Below the pieces are notes generated by a model. It saw nothing but the letters and a program-made list of their open reading frames with translations, was not told the origin of the DNA and searched no databases. 64,000 nucleotides of DNA from Leucoraja erinacea (taxonomy: Eukaryota), in the NCBI RefSeq assembly GCF_028641065.1, contig NC_073389.1, positions 27,838,001-27,902,000 on the forward strand. Reading direction: 5' to 3'. This document shows, piece by piece, positions 51,456-63,638 of this stretch. The translations under genes and the position numbers were made by a program. Positions within the stretch are counted from its first letter, which is position 1; every line of letters starts with the position of its first letter.

Positions 51456-51539
51456 AGTTTAGGGAGGTCTAAAAAGGTTTGGGTTTTGTTTATTATTGTC
51501 TCTCCCTCCGGCCCTCCGGAGAAAACAATCTAACTTTGT

Positions 51540-51625
51540 CTGAAGAAGGGTCTCGATCCAAAACGTCACCCATTCCTTCTCTCCAGAGCTGCTGCCTGTC
51601 CCGCTGAGTTACTCCAGCATTTTGT
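51540..51625 (+). mobile_element. Solo PLE terminal-repeat fragment starting at the hammerhead core, 14-bp TSD
   Basis: ATCTAACTTTGTCT at 51528-41 and 51626-39. The insert begins CTGAAGAAGGGTCTCGATCCAAAACGTCACC. Confidence 0.78.
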
Positions 51626-51890
51626 ATCTAACTTTGTCTAACCTCTCCCTGTAACCCCGGAAGACCCTGTATTTGAATTGGTTTAAAGGATTAGTTTTTG
51701 ATGTGTAGTTGCAGGTGGAAGTCAAGGACATGAATCGCTGTTCCATAATCTAACTAGAGGGGTACAGGCAACTGCATTGAACATCAGCCTATGAAATAAT
51801 TCTTTGTTTTTCTCCTTTTCTTTGGACTTTCTGTTACACGTTCAGTTGAACCTTCCTAAAAGTAATGGGGATATTGGGGCAGAGCGATTG

Positions 51891-52195
51891 GGATGGCACA
51901 GTGGCGGACTGGTAGAGTTGCCTTGCAATGCCAAAGACTCAAGTTCGATTCTGACTACAGGTGCTGTCTGTACAGAGTTTGTACATTCTCCCTGTGACCC
52001 CGTGGGTTTTCTCCGGGTGTCCCGGTTTCCTCCCACATCCCAAAGACATGCAGGTTTGTAGGTTAATTGGCTTCTGTAAATCGTCAATTGTCCATACTGT
52101 GTAGGGTAGTGCTGGTGTAAGGGATGATCTCTGGTCAGAGTGGACAAGATGGGCCGAAGGGCCTGTTTCTAAGCTGTGCCTCTACACTAAAGTAA
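51891..52195 (+). mobile_element. HE1/V-SINE-like SINE
   Basis: Head, core and tail. Confidence 0.78.
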
Positions 52196-52602
52196 AAATT
52201 ATGGTGATAGCACAAAATGCTGCAATAACTCAGTGGGTCAAGGTCTCTGGAGAAAAGTGACGTTTTGGGGAGAGACCTTTCTTCAGACTGAGAGTCAGGG
52301 GAGAGGAAAACTAGAGGTGTGAATAGACAGAAGAAACAACCATAAAAATGATGGTGGGCAGAATGTGTGGGACGTATCTTTCACTTCCACTTCATCTCCG
52401 AATGTTTCTGTCTCTGAAGATCCAGTCATGTCCTCCATTGTTGACCTTGAGATGATGATTGGCATGAAGGACTTGGGTGTGTGATGTGGGTTGAATGACA
52501 CAATGTTTGTCAGCTCTCTCCTTTGAAATGGGGCCTTATCTCAACGTTATTTCAGACAAACGTCTGAAGTCACATCTGTGCATGATGCACCTCCAGTAAA
52601 TG

Positions 52603-52904
52603 ATTTAGACTTTAGAGATATAGGAAACGGGACATTTGGCCTGCCGAATCCAAACCGACCAACAATCCCCACACCCGAGCACCATCATATACACTGGGCA
52701 CAATTTACACTTTTACCAAAACCAATTAACCCTCAAACCTGCATGTATTTGTAATGAGAGATGAAACCAGTGCACCCAAAGAAAACCCACACAGTCACAC
52801 GGAGAACGTACAAACTCCGTACAGACAGCACCGATAGTCAGGATCGAACATGGGCCCCTGACGGTGTGAGGCAGCAACTCTACCGCAGCGCCACTGTGCT
52901 GCCC
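52603..52904 (-). mobile_element. HE1/V-SINE-like SINE
   Basis: Head, core and tail. Confidence 0.72.
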
Positions 52905-53011
52905 ATTTGTGTGCTGTGCTATCTGTGTTAGGTTTAGGTTTATTATTGCCATGTGTACCAAGGTCCAGTGAAAAGCTTTGTTTTGCATGCTATCCAATCA
53001 AATCAGATATA

Positions 53012-53340
53012 CAGGTCCACCACCGATTTTCCGGCAACTGGGGATCCGGCAACTCCTTTAATCCGGACAAAATTGTTGGAGAGCACTTGAAATTCTCCCC
53101 AGAAGTCCCCTCGAAAATGTGGCACACTGGCCAGGTGAGGCGGTCGACCTCATCGGGACATCCGCGTGCGATCGGCTGGTTGAATCCTGCGATCGGGGCT
53201 CTGGAACTCCGGCCCGGCTGGAGCCTGCAGATCCCGTCCCATTGCTGATTTCCGGGGTCAACTGAGGCAGACCATTCCGTCACCGTTGGACTACTCTCGG
53301 TGATCTCTGTTGGTCCGGAAAAATTGATAATCTGGCAAGG
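53012..53340. mobile_element. Probable truncated Tigger-like TIR element (left end only), interrupted by a Rex1/Babar insertion
   Basis: Starts TA|CAGGTCCACCACCGATTTTCCGG, resembling the CAGGT... TIR at 25690. Repeated ATCCGG subterminal motifs and a CpG-rich body. Right TIR not found. Confidence 0.45.
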
Positions 53341-53342
53341 CC

Positions 53343-53908
53343 TTCTACCGCTCGTCCATCGAGAGCCTGCTGACATACTGCATTACAGCATGGTATGGCA
53401 GCTGCACCATGGCAGACAGGGAGAGGCTTCAGAGGGTAACCAGGACAGCGCAGAGGATCATTGGCTGCCCTCTCCCCTCCCTGATGGACATCTACACCTC
53501 CCGCTGCCTTAGCAGGGCAAAGAAGATCATCAAAGACAGCTCCCATCCTGCGTTTGGACTGTTCGACCTGCTGCCCTCTGGAAGGCGCTATAGGTGCATC
53601 AAATCCAGGACAAACAGACTCAGGAATAGTTGCTTTCCGAGAATTATAACTACTATAAATTCAAATTCACACATGCACTGACTACACCGCCCAACACGGA
53701 CTTCCATCTGTATATATGTATATATGTATGTAGCGCCGCAGAATTTTTGCACCTATTCCCCCCCCCCCCCATTCTACCTTCTGTTTTTTGTTTTTTCTGT
53801 TTCTTGTTTTTTGTGCTAAATTGTATGTATGCACTGAGTACGAGCAGCTTTCAGTTTCACTGTACATGTATAGTGACAATAAATGGCATATCTATAAATG
53901 GCATATCT
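53343..53908 (+). mobile_element. Rex1/Babar-type LINE 3' end (young)
   Basis: In-frame FYRSSIESLLTYCITAWYGSCTMADRERLQRV.RTAQRIIG.PLPSL.DIY..RC...A.KIIKDSSHP...LF.LLPSGRRYR.I.SRT.RL.NS.FP. The 3' UTR has GACAATAAA and a duplicated tail. Confidence 0.82.
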
Positions 53909-54931
53909 AAGGCTAGGAACCAAGAGGGCCATAAAAATAAGTCAAACTCAAGTACAATAGGTAGAGCAGAGGGGAAGATACAGAGTGCAGAATATAGTTC
54001 TCAGCATTGTAGCGCGCCACTTCCAGAGACAAAGTCCAATGTTCGCAATATGGTAGAGGTGAATCGGATAGTACCCTAGCTCATGGAAGGACTGTTCAGA
54101 TGCCTGATGACAGAAGGACAGCAGGTGTTCTTGAGTCTGGTGGTGCGCGTTTTCAAGCTTCTGTACCATCTGCTTGATGGGAGCGGGGAGAAGAAGATAT
54201 GACCAGTGTGGGACAAGCCTTGGATTATGGTGGCTGCTTTTCTGAGGCAGTGTGAAGTGTAGATGGAGTCAGTGGTGGGGGGAGCCTGGTCTGTGTGATG
54301 GACTGGACTAAAATCTCTGCAATTCCTTGCCGTCCTGGACAGTACTGTTCCCAAACCAAGCCGTCATACAATCCGACTAAATGCTTTCTACTGCGCATCA
54401 CTGCTACAAAGACAAATTTCACTCCAGGCACTATTAAGTTGTTCTAATTTGTTATGGTCCAATGCATTGAATTGAGATCTGCATCATGTATATTATACAG
54501 AGCTTGGACAGGTTTACAGCACTTTGATCTGCAGTGGCATTTCCAACACTCCTTGTTTTCTTTACCCTTCTGCCTCAGCAACCAGAAGATTATTGGTTTA
54601 CAGCCCAATCTTTAAATCAATTCTCAGTAAGTGTTGCATTATATTAGAGATGCAGAACTCCCTTTATCTAATCCATGGGATAACATAGAACCACTGTGAA
54701 CGGGCTATCGATGGTCAGCATAGACTCGGTGGGCTAAGGGTCTATTTCTATGCTGTATTTTATGATCAATCACTCAGTCATCTGGGGCGAACACTTAACA
54801 GGAACAAGCCGGCTATTTTACACCTTGGCACCCTGGACAAGGATAGCCGGCACTAACGTTTAAAACGAAAGACACAAAGTGCTGGAGTAACTCAGCGGGT
54901 CAAGCAGCATCTCTGGAGAACATGGATAGGT

Positions 54932-54959
54932 GACGTTTCGGGTCGGGATCCTTCCTCAG
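54932..54959 (-). ncRNA. Minimal hammerhead ribozyme-like core in a PLE terminal repeat
   Basis: Minus strand reads agu-CUGAGGA-A-GGAU-CCCG-ACCC-GAAAC-GUC-acc, with one stem II mismatch. Confidence 0.48.
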
Positions 54960-57520
54960 ACTCTATAAAAGGTTTGAGTGAGGGAGTGTTTAAATGGCAG
55001 CTGATTGCTGGCAAGATGTGTGAGAGTGGGTGAGAGTGTGTGTGTGAAAGAGTGGGTGAGTGTGTGGGAGAGAGAGAGCGCATGCGATTCCCGATCCAAA
55101 ACGTCACCTAGCCAGAGGAAGGAATGTGAGGGGAGGGGAGAATTAGGTGCGAGTCTAGGTGGGGCCCAAGGGAGGTGGGGGATGTTGTGAAGAAAGGGTG
55201 GGGAATGAATATTAATTAACGTTATTTATGTCATTTACTTTGGCACCTTATTCTGTCACATTAATATGTGGTCTAGATTAGATTAGATTAGATTCAATTC
55301 AGTTGTCATTTGGACCCCTTGAGGTCCAAACGAAATGACGTTTCTGCAGCCATACATTACAAACAAATAGACCCGAGACACAACATAATTTACATAAAAC
55401 ATCCATCACATTGCTGTGATGGAAGGCCAAAAAACCTATCTCTCCACTGTCTGAACTTCAGGTTAAGAGAACATCAGAGTAAAATGATTAGAGTCATGGA
55501 GGTGTACCTTGTCCATGGTTGACATACTGGGCTGTTCCCATTTGCCTGCATTTGGTCCATAACCCACTAAACCCTTCCTATCTCCATATCGGTCCAAATG
55601 TTTTTTAAACGTAATTGTATCTGCTTATCATAAGAGCAGATTTGGACCATTAGAGCCATCAAGTCTGTTCCACCATTAGATCGTGGCAGATCTATCTTTC
55701 CCTCACAACACCATTCTCCTGCTTTCTCCCTGTAACCTTACTAAACAAGAAATCAATCTCAGCTTTAAAAACATCCAATGAATTGGCCTCTACTGCCAAC
55801 TGTGTCAATGAATCCCACAGATTCACAATCCTTTAACTAAAGAAATTCCTCCTCCTCTCCATTCTCCATCCTTTTATTCTGAGGCTGTGCCCTCTAGTCC
55901 TGGACTCTTCCACTACTGAAAATATTATTTCCACATTCACTATCCATGACTTTCATTATTTGGTAGGTTTATGCTCTTCTGAAGCTCTGGTAGCTCATTC
56001 CAGATACAGAGTTCCCTCTGAATGAAAGAGTTGCTACTAGAGTTACCTCTCTTAAAACTCTCCCCTTAAGCCCGTGTCCTTCAGTTTTAGAATCCTCCAA
56101 ACTGGGGAAAAAGTATGTGAGCATCTTCCTTTTAATAGAGTTATTCAGCACAGAAATACGGCCATTCGGCCCAACTTGTCTATGCCAATCAAAATGCCTC
56201 ATAGTGTCACCTAAGCCCCAGCCTATGCAACTTCTCCCTGTAACTCAAAGCTGCAAGCCCAGGTAACATCCTGGTGAATCTTCTCTGCGCCTATTTCAAG
56301 ATGAGGGAGGAACAGAGAATATGAGCACAAGGACACAAAGTGCTGGAGTAACTCAGCGGGGCCAGGCAGCATCTCTGGGGGACATCTCGAGTCGGAACCC
56401 TTCTCCAGATCATCAACAACGATTTGTTCAGAGTGAGAATTTCCTAGCAATAGCCGAGAAGCTACTTTTTCTCAAACAGAACTGGAATGTAAATTTGAAT
56501 GTTAACTGTGTTAAGGCAGGAAGCTCGGCAGCTAATTGTTGAGTTGACTGCAGGCTAAATATTAATTAATTACTGTTTTAGAAGCAATAGGCACAAAATT
56601 AGATTTAGAACTGCAGACATTTGATTACATGGTGTACTGAGAATAGGTCGTTCACTATTTTGATTAACATATCATCAAAAACCATGTGTTGGATTAGATG
56701 GAATAGATGGGTAACGTGAATTGAAAGTAAACGTGGATTATTTTCCTGCTTGGTAAAATAAGGACAATTTCAATTCTTTTTATTACCCTCCAGGCATTAA
56801 TGCTTCAGAGATTGCAGATTGATCTATCAATCACATTTCTGCCTGAGTATTGTCATGGTGCTCTTTGTGACCAAGTACCTTACCTTAATAGTCACACAGC
56901 GCAGAAATACAATCCTTCGGCACAACTTGTCCATGCCAACCAAGATGTCCCAAATACATTTGTGCCATCTTCCTGCGTTTGGCCCATATCTCTTTCCTAT
57001 CCATGTTCCTGTCCAAAATGTCTTATACATGCTGTTGCAGTACCTGCCTCAACTACTTCCTCTGGCAGCTCGTTCCATGTACCCACCGCCCTCCGTGTGA
57101 AAAAGTTGCCCTTCAGGTTCATATTAAATCTTTCCCCGATCACCTTAAACCTATGTCCTCTGGTTCTTGATTCCCTACTCTGGAAGAAATTCTCAGTATT
57201 GGCTGGGCGATTAATTAATTCCCTAACCTTTGATTGTTTCTCATTGTTCTTTTTGCACGACCATTAATAATAGGTGACATTTCACATCAGGACGCTTGGT
57301 CAGACTGGTTTAGTTTTTTTTATTAACTTACTTTTTTCCTGGTGGCAATTTTATCTTTATTAGTTTATTTAATATTGTAACATTGCATTGCCATTAGAAT
57401 AAGGAGACAAAATTAAGAAACTTATTACAAGCTTCGATTCTACATTCAGGAGATTAATAGACACAGCAAACAGAAATTCCACACTCAAAAAATATTCCCA
57501 TCAACATTTAGCATGTTTAG

Positions 57521-57835
57521 AGTGGCACAGTGACGTAGCTGGTAGAGCTGCTACCTCACATTACCAGAGACCCAGGTTCGATCCTGACCTCGGGTGCTTT
57601 CTGTGTGTGGAATTTGCACGTTCTCCCTGGGACCGTGTGGGTTTCCACCAGGTGTTCGGGTTTCCTCCCACATCTCAAAGTCATGTAGGTTAATTGGCTC
57701 TCTGTAAATTGGCCCCTAGTGTGTAGGGAGTGGATGAGAAAATGGGATAACATAGAACTGGTGTGAATAGGTGATCGATGGTCGGCATTGACTCCGTGGG
57801 CTAAAGGCCCTGTTACCATGCTGTATCTTTCAATC
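57521..57835 (+). mobile_element. HE1/V-SINE-like SINE
   Basis: A box, GGTTCGATCC, core and tail. Confidence 0.8.
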
Positions 57836-58614
57836 TAAGTCAAAACGATCCTTTACACCAGTTGCTTATTCTTTGATGGATGCAAATTGCTGGAGTAACT
57901 CAGCGGGTCAGGCAGCATCACTGGAATACATAGATAGGTGATGTTTCAGGTTGGAAGAAGGGTCTCAACCTGAAATATCGCCTATCTATGTTCTCCAGAG
58001 ACGCTGCCGGATTCACGGAGTACTCCAGCACTTCATGACCTGGTGTGGAAAGCAGCATCTGCAGTTCTTTGTTTTTACTGCTGATTCTTTGAGCTTTATT
58101 GAACCTAAACGATTTGAATTGTTAGCTTGGGTCTAATTTGGGTATTATGTGAACAGCTGGAATTAATCCCCTGCTTTCTGTGACACAATGGACTGTATCC
58201 ATTTCCAGCAAAGTTTGATGTCTTGCAATCACATCAGCTTTACAAACTGGGATCCTGTCAACTATCAAACAATTCAACCAGTAAACAAATGTCTCCCTTG
58301 AAGGCTGTGTGTGTTTATTCAGTGAGTAGCTATCTGTACCGCACATGCCAGCCAGCCAGCCTTGTGTTCCGAGCTAACAACACCATGCTGGAGTAACTCA
58401 GCCGATCAGGCGGCATCTCTGGAGAACATGGACAGGTGATGTTTCAGGTCGGGATCTGTCTTCAAGCCAAGCTTGTGTTTTTGTGTTGTCCTTTGAGGCA
58501 GGAGTAAGGGTCAAGAGACAAGAGCGTGTACTTGTCTTATGTACCAACAATGATACAATGGCATTTGTACTTGCAGCAGCTTAACAGGCCTGTACACACA
58601 ATGCACATAGATAA

Positions 58615-58925
58615 GTTAGTTCAGTGTAGAGATACGACAGGAAAACAGGCCCTTCGGCCCATCGAGTCCATGCCGACCGTCGATCACCTGTTCACAATAG
58701 TTCTATGTTATTCTACTTTCTCATCCTCTACACAGTAGGGACAATTTAAAGAGGCCAATTCACCTATAAACCCGCACATCTTATGGGTTGGGAGAAAACC
58801 AGAGTACCCAGAGGAAACCCATGTGGTTACAGGAAAATGTGCAAACTCCACATAGACAGCACCCAAGGTCAGTATCGAACCTGGGTGCCTGGCACTGTGA
58901 GGCAGCAACTCTACCGGCTATGCCA
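58615..58925 (-). mobile_element. HE1/V-SINE-like SINE
   Basis: Head, core and tail. Confidence 0.75.
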
Positions 58926-59205
58926 TCGAGTCGCCATATTTTCCTACATTTGGCCCATGTCCCTTTAAATCTCTCCTATCCATGTATCTGTTCAGCGTCT
59001 TTTAATTATAGTAGCTGCCTCAACTACCTCCTCTACCCGCCACTCTCTCAGTGGAAAAAGTTGTTCCTCAGGTTCCTATTAAATATTTCCCCTCTCTCAC
59101 CTCTGGTACTTGAGCTTTCTTTCCTTTGTGATTCTGAAGAAACTAATGAAAACTTTGCTTTACCAGATTGTTGCTATCATTTACTGATACCTTTATCACA
59201 TTAAT

Positions 59206-60862
59206 GTGAGGAAAGGGAAACTAGTAGAGTAGCTATGGATACTATGAGGTTCAAAGTAAAAGAAGTACTGACACTTTTGAAAAATATAAAAGTGGATAAG
59301 TCTCCAGGTCCTGACAGGATATTCCCTAGGACATTGAGGGAAGTTAGTGTAGAAATAGCCGGGGCTATGACAGAAATATTTCAAATGTCATTAGAAACGG
59401 GAATAGTCCCCGAGGATTGGCGTACTGCGCATGTTGTTCCATTGTTTAAAAAGAGTTCTAAGAGTAAACCTAGCAATTATAGACCTGTTAGTTTGACTTC
59501 AGTGGTGGGCAAATTAATGGAAAAAGATACTTAGAGATAATATATATAAGCATCTGGATAAACAGGGTCTGATTAGGAACAGTCAACATGGATTTGTGCC
59601 TGGAAGGTCATGTTTGACTAATCTTCTTGAATTTTTTGAAGAGGTTACTAGGGAAATTGACGAGGGTAAAGCAGTGGATGTTGTCTATATGGACTTTAGT
59701 AAGGCCTTTGACAAGGTTCCTCATGGAAGGTTGGTTAAGAAGGTTCAACTGTTGGGTATAAATGCAGGAATAGCAAGATGGATTCAACAGTGGCTGAATG
59801 GGAGAAGCCAGAGGGTAATGGTGGATGGCTGTTTATCGGGTTGGGGGCAGGTGACTAGTGGGGTGCCTCAGGGATCTGTGTTGGGTCCTATGTTGTTTGT
59901 CATGTACATCAATGATCTGGATGAAGGTGTGGTAAATTGGATTAGTAAGTATGCAGATTATACCAATATAGGGGGTGTTGTGGATAATGAAGAGGATTTC
60001 CAAAGTCTACAGAGTGATTTAGGCCATTTGGAAAAATGGGCTGAAAGATGGCAGATGGAGTTTAATGCTGAGGTGCTACACCTTGGCAGGACAAATCAAA
60101 ATAGGACGTACATGGTAAATGGTAGGGAATTGAAGAATACAGTTGAACAGAGGGATCTGGGTATAACCGTGCATAGTTCCTTGAAGGTGGAATCTCATAT
60201 AGATAGGGTGGTAAAGAAAGCTTTTGGTATGCTAGCCTTTATAAATCAGAGCATTGAGTATAGAAGCTGGGATGTAATGTTAAAATTGTACAAGGCATTG
60301 GTGAGACCAAATCTGGAGTATGGTGTACAATTTTGGTCGCCCAATTATAGGAAGGATGTCAACAAAATAGAGAGAGTACAGAGGAGATTTACTAGAATGT
60401 TGCCTGGGTTTCAACAACTAAGTTACAGAGATAGGTTGAATAAGTTAGGTCTTTATTCTCTGGAGCGCAGAAGGTTAAGGGGGGACTTGATAGAGGTCTT
60501 TAAAATGATGAGAGGAATAGACAGAGTTGATGTGGACAAGCTTTTCCCTTTGAGAATAGGGAAGATTCAAACAAGAGGACATGACTTCAGAATTAAGGGA
60601 CAGAAGTTTAGGGGTAATATGAGGGGGAACTTCTTTACTCAGAGAGTGGTAGCGGTGTGGAATGAGCTTCCAGTGGAAGTGGTGGAGGCAGGTTCATTGG
60701 TATCATTTAAAAATAAATTGGATAGACATATGGATGAGAAGGGAATGGAGGGTTATGGTATGAGTGCAGGCAGGTGGGACTAAGGGAAAAAAAAGTTGTT
60801 CGGCACGGACTTGTAGGGCCGAGATGGCCTGTTTCCATGCTGTAATTGTTATATTATATATG
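59206..60862 (+). mobile_element. CR1 LINE, 5'-truncated, ORF2 RT region plus 3' UTR (young copy with frameshift and point lesions)
   Basis: KSPGPD and NYRPVSLTS (59235-59534), a frameshift, then GRSCLTNL, YMDFSKAFD, GVPQGSVLGP, SKYADY (YADD mutated), RDLG, LVRPNLEY.VQFWSP, ERVQRRFTR and RGNFFTQRVV..WN (59596-60783). CR1-type 3' UTR with a short repeat tail. Confidence 0.93.
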
Positions 60863-60997
60863 TCACAGGTTTTCCAGAGTTAGCATCTCCAATATAATAC
60901 CCATCATCCAAAACTTAGTTTCTAGTTGCTGAGTTACTCCAGCAATCTGTGTCTTTTTTTTTGTAAATTGTTCCTTGTTTCTACATTTTACTCCCAG

Positions 60998-61267
60998 TGG
61001 GTGGCACATGGCGCAGTGGTAGAATTGCTGCCTCACAGCACCAGACCCAGGTGTGTACGTCCTCCCTGTGACCGTGTGGGTTTTCTCCGAGTGGTTTCTT
61101 CCCACATCCCAGAGACGTGCAGGTTTTTGTAGGTTAATTTGCAGGTTAATTGTCTGCTGTAAATTGTCCCTAGTGTGTAGGATAGAACTAGTGTATGGGG
61201 CGATCGCTAGTCGGCGCAGACTCAGTGGGCTGAACGGCCTGTTTCCGCGCTGTATCTCTAAACTAAC
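60998..61267 (+). mobile_element. HE1/V-SINE-like SINE (B-box region deleted)
   Basis: A box, core and tail. Confidence 0.75.
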
Positions 61268-62124
61268 AAAAATGAATATGTGAGGTTTCTTTGCATAACT
61301 GGGTCAAAGGTTGTCTACGACAAGCTCACCTTCGACCAGTTGATTTCTTGACACATGCGAACAATTTCATCTGCAAGAATAATTCATAAGCCTGAAATAG
61401 CAGCAGCGATCTTTGATGTTCAATCTAATTTGACTATCGGTAGACAATGAAATAAAGGGTGCAGTTAACTATTTGGACATTCGAGATGAGCTTCAAAGTG
61501 CTGGTGTGCATCACCAGATGAGAGAGAATGTTAAATGTGGGATGTTGTGTCAGGAATCGCTCCGTCTTTGGAGAAAAATATATCTTTTGATCCTTCAATG
61601 ATGCCAAACCTCAACACAGCACAGTAGGTGATGAATTTTCCCTGAGGCTGACAGCAGAGGTGGTCTGCTGGCTCTGGTTCATGTCCTCTCACTGCCCGGC
61701 TCAATTTATTGGGCAATTGGATGCCCTGAATCACTTGCCCAGAGTAAGGGATTCGAGAACCAGAGGGCATAGGTTTAAGGTAAAGGAGGAAAGATTTTAT
61801 CGGTATTTGAGGGGAAGCTTTTTCACATGAAAGGTGGTAGATGTATGGGACAAGCTGCCAGAGGAAGTAGTTGAGGCAGGGACTATAACAATGTTTAAGA
61901 AGCAATTAGACAGATACATGGATAGAACAGGTTTAGAGGGATATGGGTACAACGCAGGCAGGTGGGACTAGTGTAGATGGACCACATTGATCAGTGCGGG
62001 CAAGTTTCCACACTGTATGACTCTACTATAACTGCATGACATAGGTTTTGGTTTATTATTGTCACGTGAACCAATGTTTTGTATGTTTCCAATCAGATCA
62101 GATAATACCATATGTAGATTTGGA

Positions 62125-62418
62125 ACGGCGCAGTGGTAGAGTCGCTGCCTCACAGTGCAAGAGGCCCAGGTTCGATCCTGACCTTGGGTGCTGTCTGCAC
62201 GTTCTCCCTGTGAACATGTGGGTTTTCTCTGGGTGCTCTGGTTCCCTCCCACACAAGAAGTGCAGATTTGTTGGTTAATTGGCTTCTGTAAATTGCCCCT
62301 AGTGTGTAGGATGTGAAACTGGGACAACATAGAACCAGTGTACGGGTGATTGTTGGTCAGCACAGACAAGGTAGGCTGAAGCCCTGTTTACATGCTGTAT
62401 CCCTAAACTAAACTAAAA
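62125..62418 (+). mobile_element. HE1/V-SINE-like SINE
   Basis: A/B boxes, core and (TAAAC)n tail. Confidence 0.78.
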
Positions 62419-63373
62419 ATGCAATCAAGTCAAAATGTCGACAAACCAGCCACACTTTGTCTTGTCTCTCCTTTCTCCCAGCTTTATTTCCTTCAACCCC
62501 CCACCCCCCCCCTCCCCACACCCTGTCATTCCTGCTACTCTTCTACTCTTTGACCGTGTTCATCTCCAGACTTTGTCCTCCCATTTGCCAATCAAACCCA
62601 CACCCTCAGATGTATTCACTTATCACACGCCAGGCTTTGCCCTGTCCCTTCTCTCATCCAGCTTTCTCCCCTATCCCCACCACCACAATCAGCCTGAAGA
62701 AGGGTATCGATACAAAATGTCCTAACCATATACTCCACAGTTTTATGTTTTGTTTATTGTCAGGTACAGCGAAAAGCTTTTGTTGTTGCGTGCTATCCAA
62801 TCAGCGGAAAGACTATATATGATTATAATCGAGCCTCCACAGCGTACGGATACAGGATAAGGGGAATAGCGTTTCGTGCAAGATAAAGTCCAGTAAAGTT
62901 TGATTAAAGATAGTCGGAGGGTCTCCATTGAGGTAGATGGAAGGTCAGGACCGCTCGCTAGTTGGTGAGAGGATGGTTCAATTGCCTGATCGCCGCCCCA
63001 TTAGGTATGTGGGTATATGAATGCTAAATATATTGATCTAAATTTCTTAATTTGAAAGGGAAGGTGTTGATATCTCTGCTAATAGATTTATGCATTAATG
63101 GATCGATGTTCATGCTGTGGTTTTTAAAGCTTTTTAAAATGAAGAGTGCCAAGTGGTGTGCACAGAAACAGCTCTGTGGGCTGTTTCTCCTCGGGGTAAT
63201 GCAAAATTCCATCTCATCTTTATTTTCCATATGTTTTTCTCGCTTGTTTTCCAAGCCTGCTGTGTAGATCTTTAATCCAAGAACATTGTGTTGAGCGGTC
63301 TCTATAATGAGGTTCAATATGTCGCAAAACCATCTCGCGGAATTAAACATATTTACAAACACAGAACAGTTTT

Positions 63374-63638
63374 GGGTGGCACAGTGGCACAGAGGTAGAG
63401 TTGCGATCCTGACTATGGGTGCTGTCTGTATGGAGTTTGCACGTTCTCCTTGTGACTGCATGGGTTCTCTCCCGGAGATCCAGTTTCCTCCCACATTCCA
63501 AAATGAGCATTTTTTCAGGTGAATTTGCTGCTGTAAATTGTCCCTCGTGTTTAGGGTAGAACTAGTGTACAGGATAATTGTTGGTCAGCGTGACCTCAGT
63601 GGGCTGAAGGTCCTAGTTCCACACTGTATCTCTAAACT
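63374..63638 (+). mobile_element. HE1/V-SINE-like SINE (deleted head)
   Basis: Partial head, core and tail. Confidence 0.72.

Noticed and set aside
52295-52501. 68-aa minus-strand ORF in partly unique sequence
   Set aside because: No recognisable motif or splice context; its end lies in a PLE repeat.
189-63638. SINE heads as tRNA genes
   Set aside because: A/B boxes are fused to a SINE core and CR1 tail, with no complete cloverleaf.
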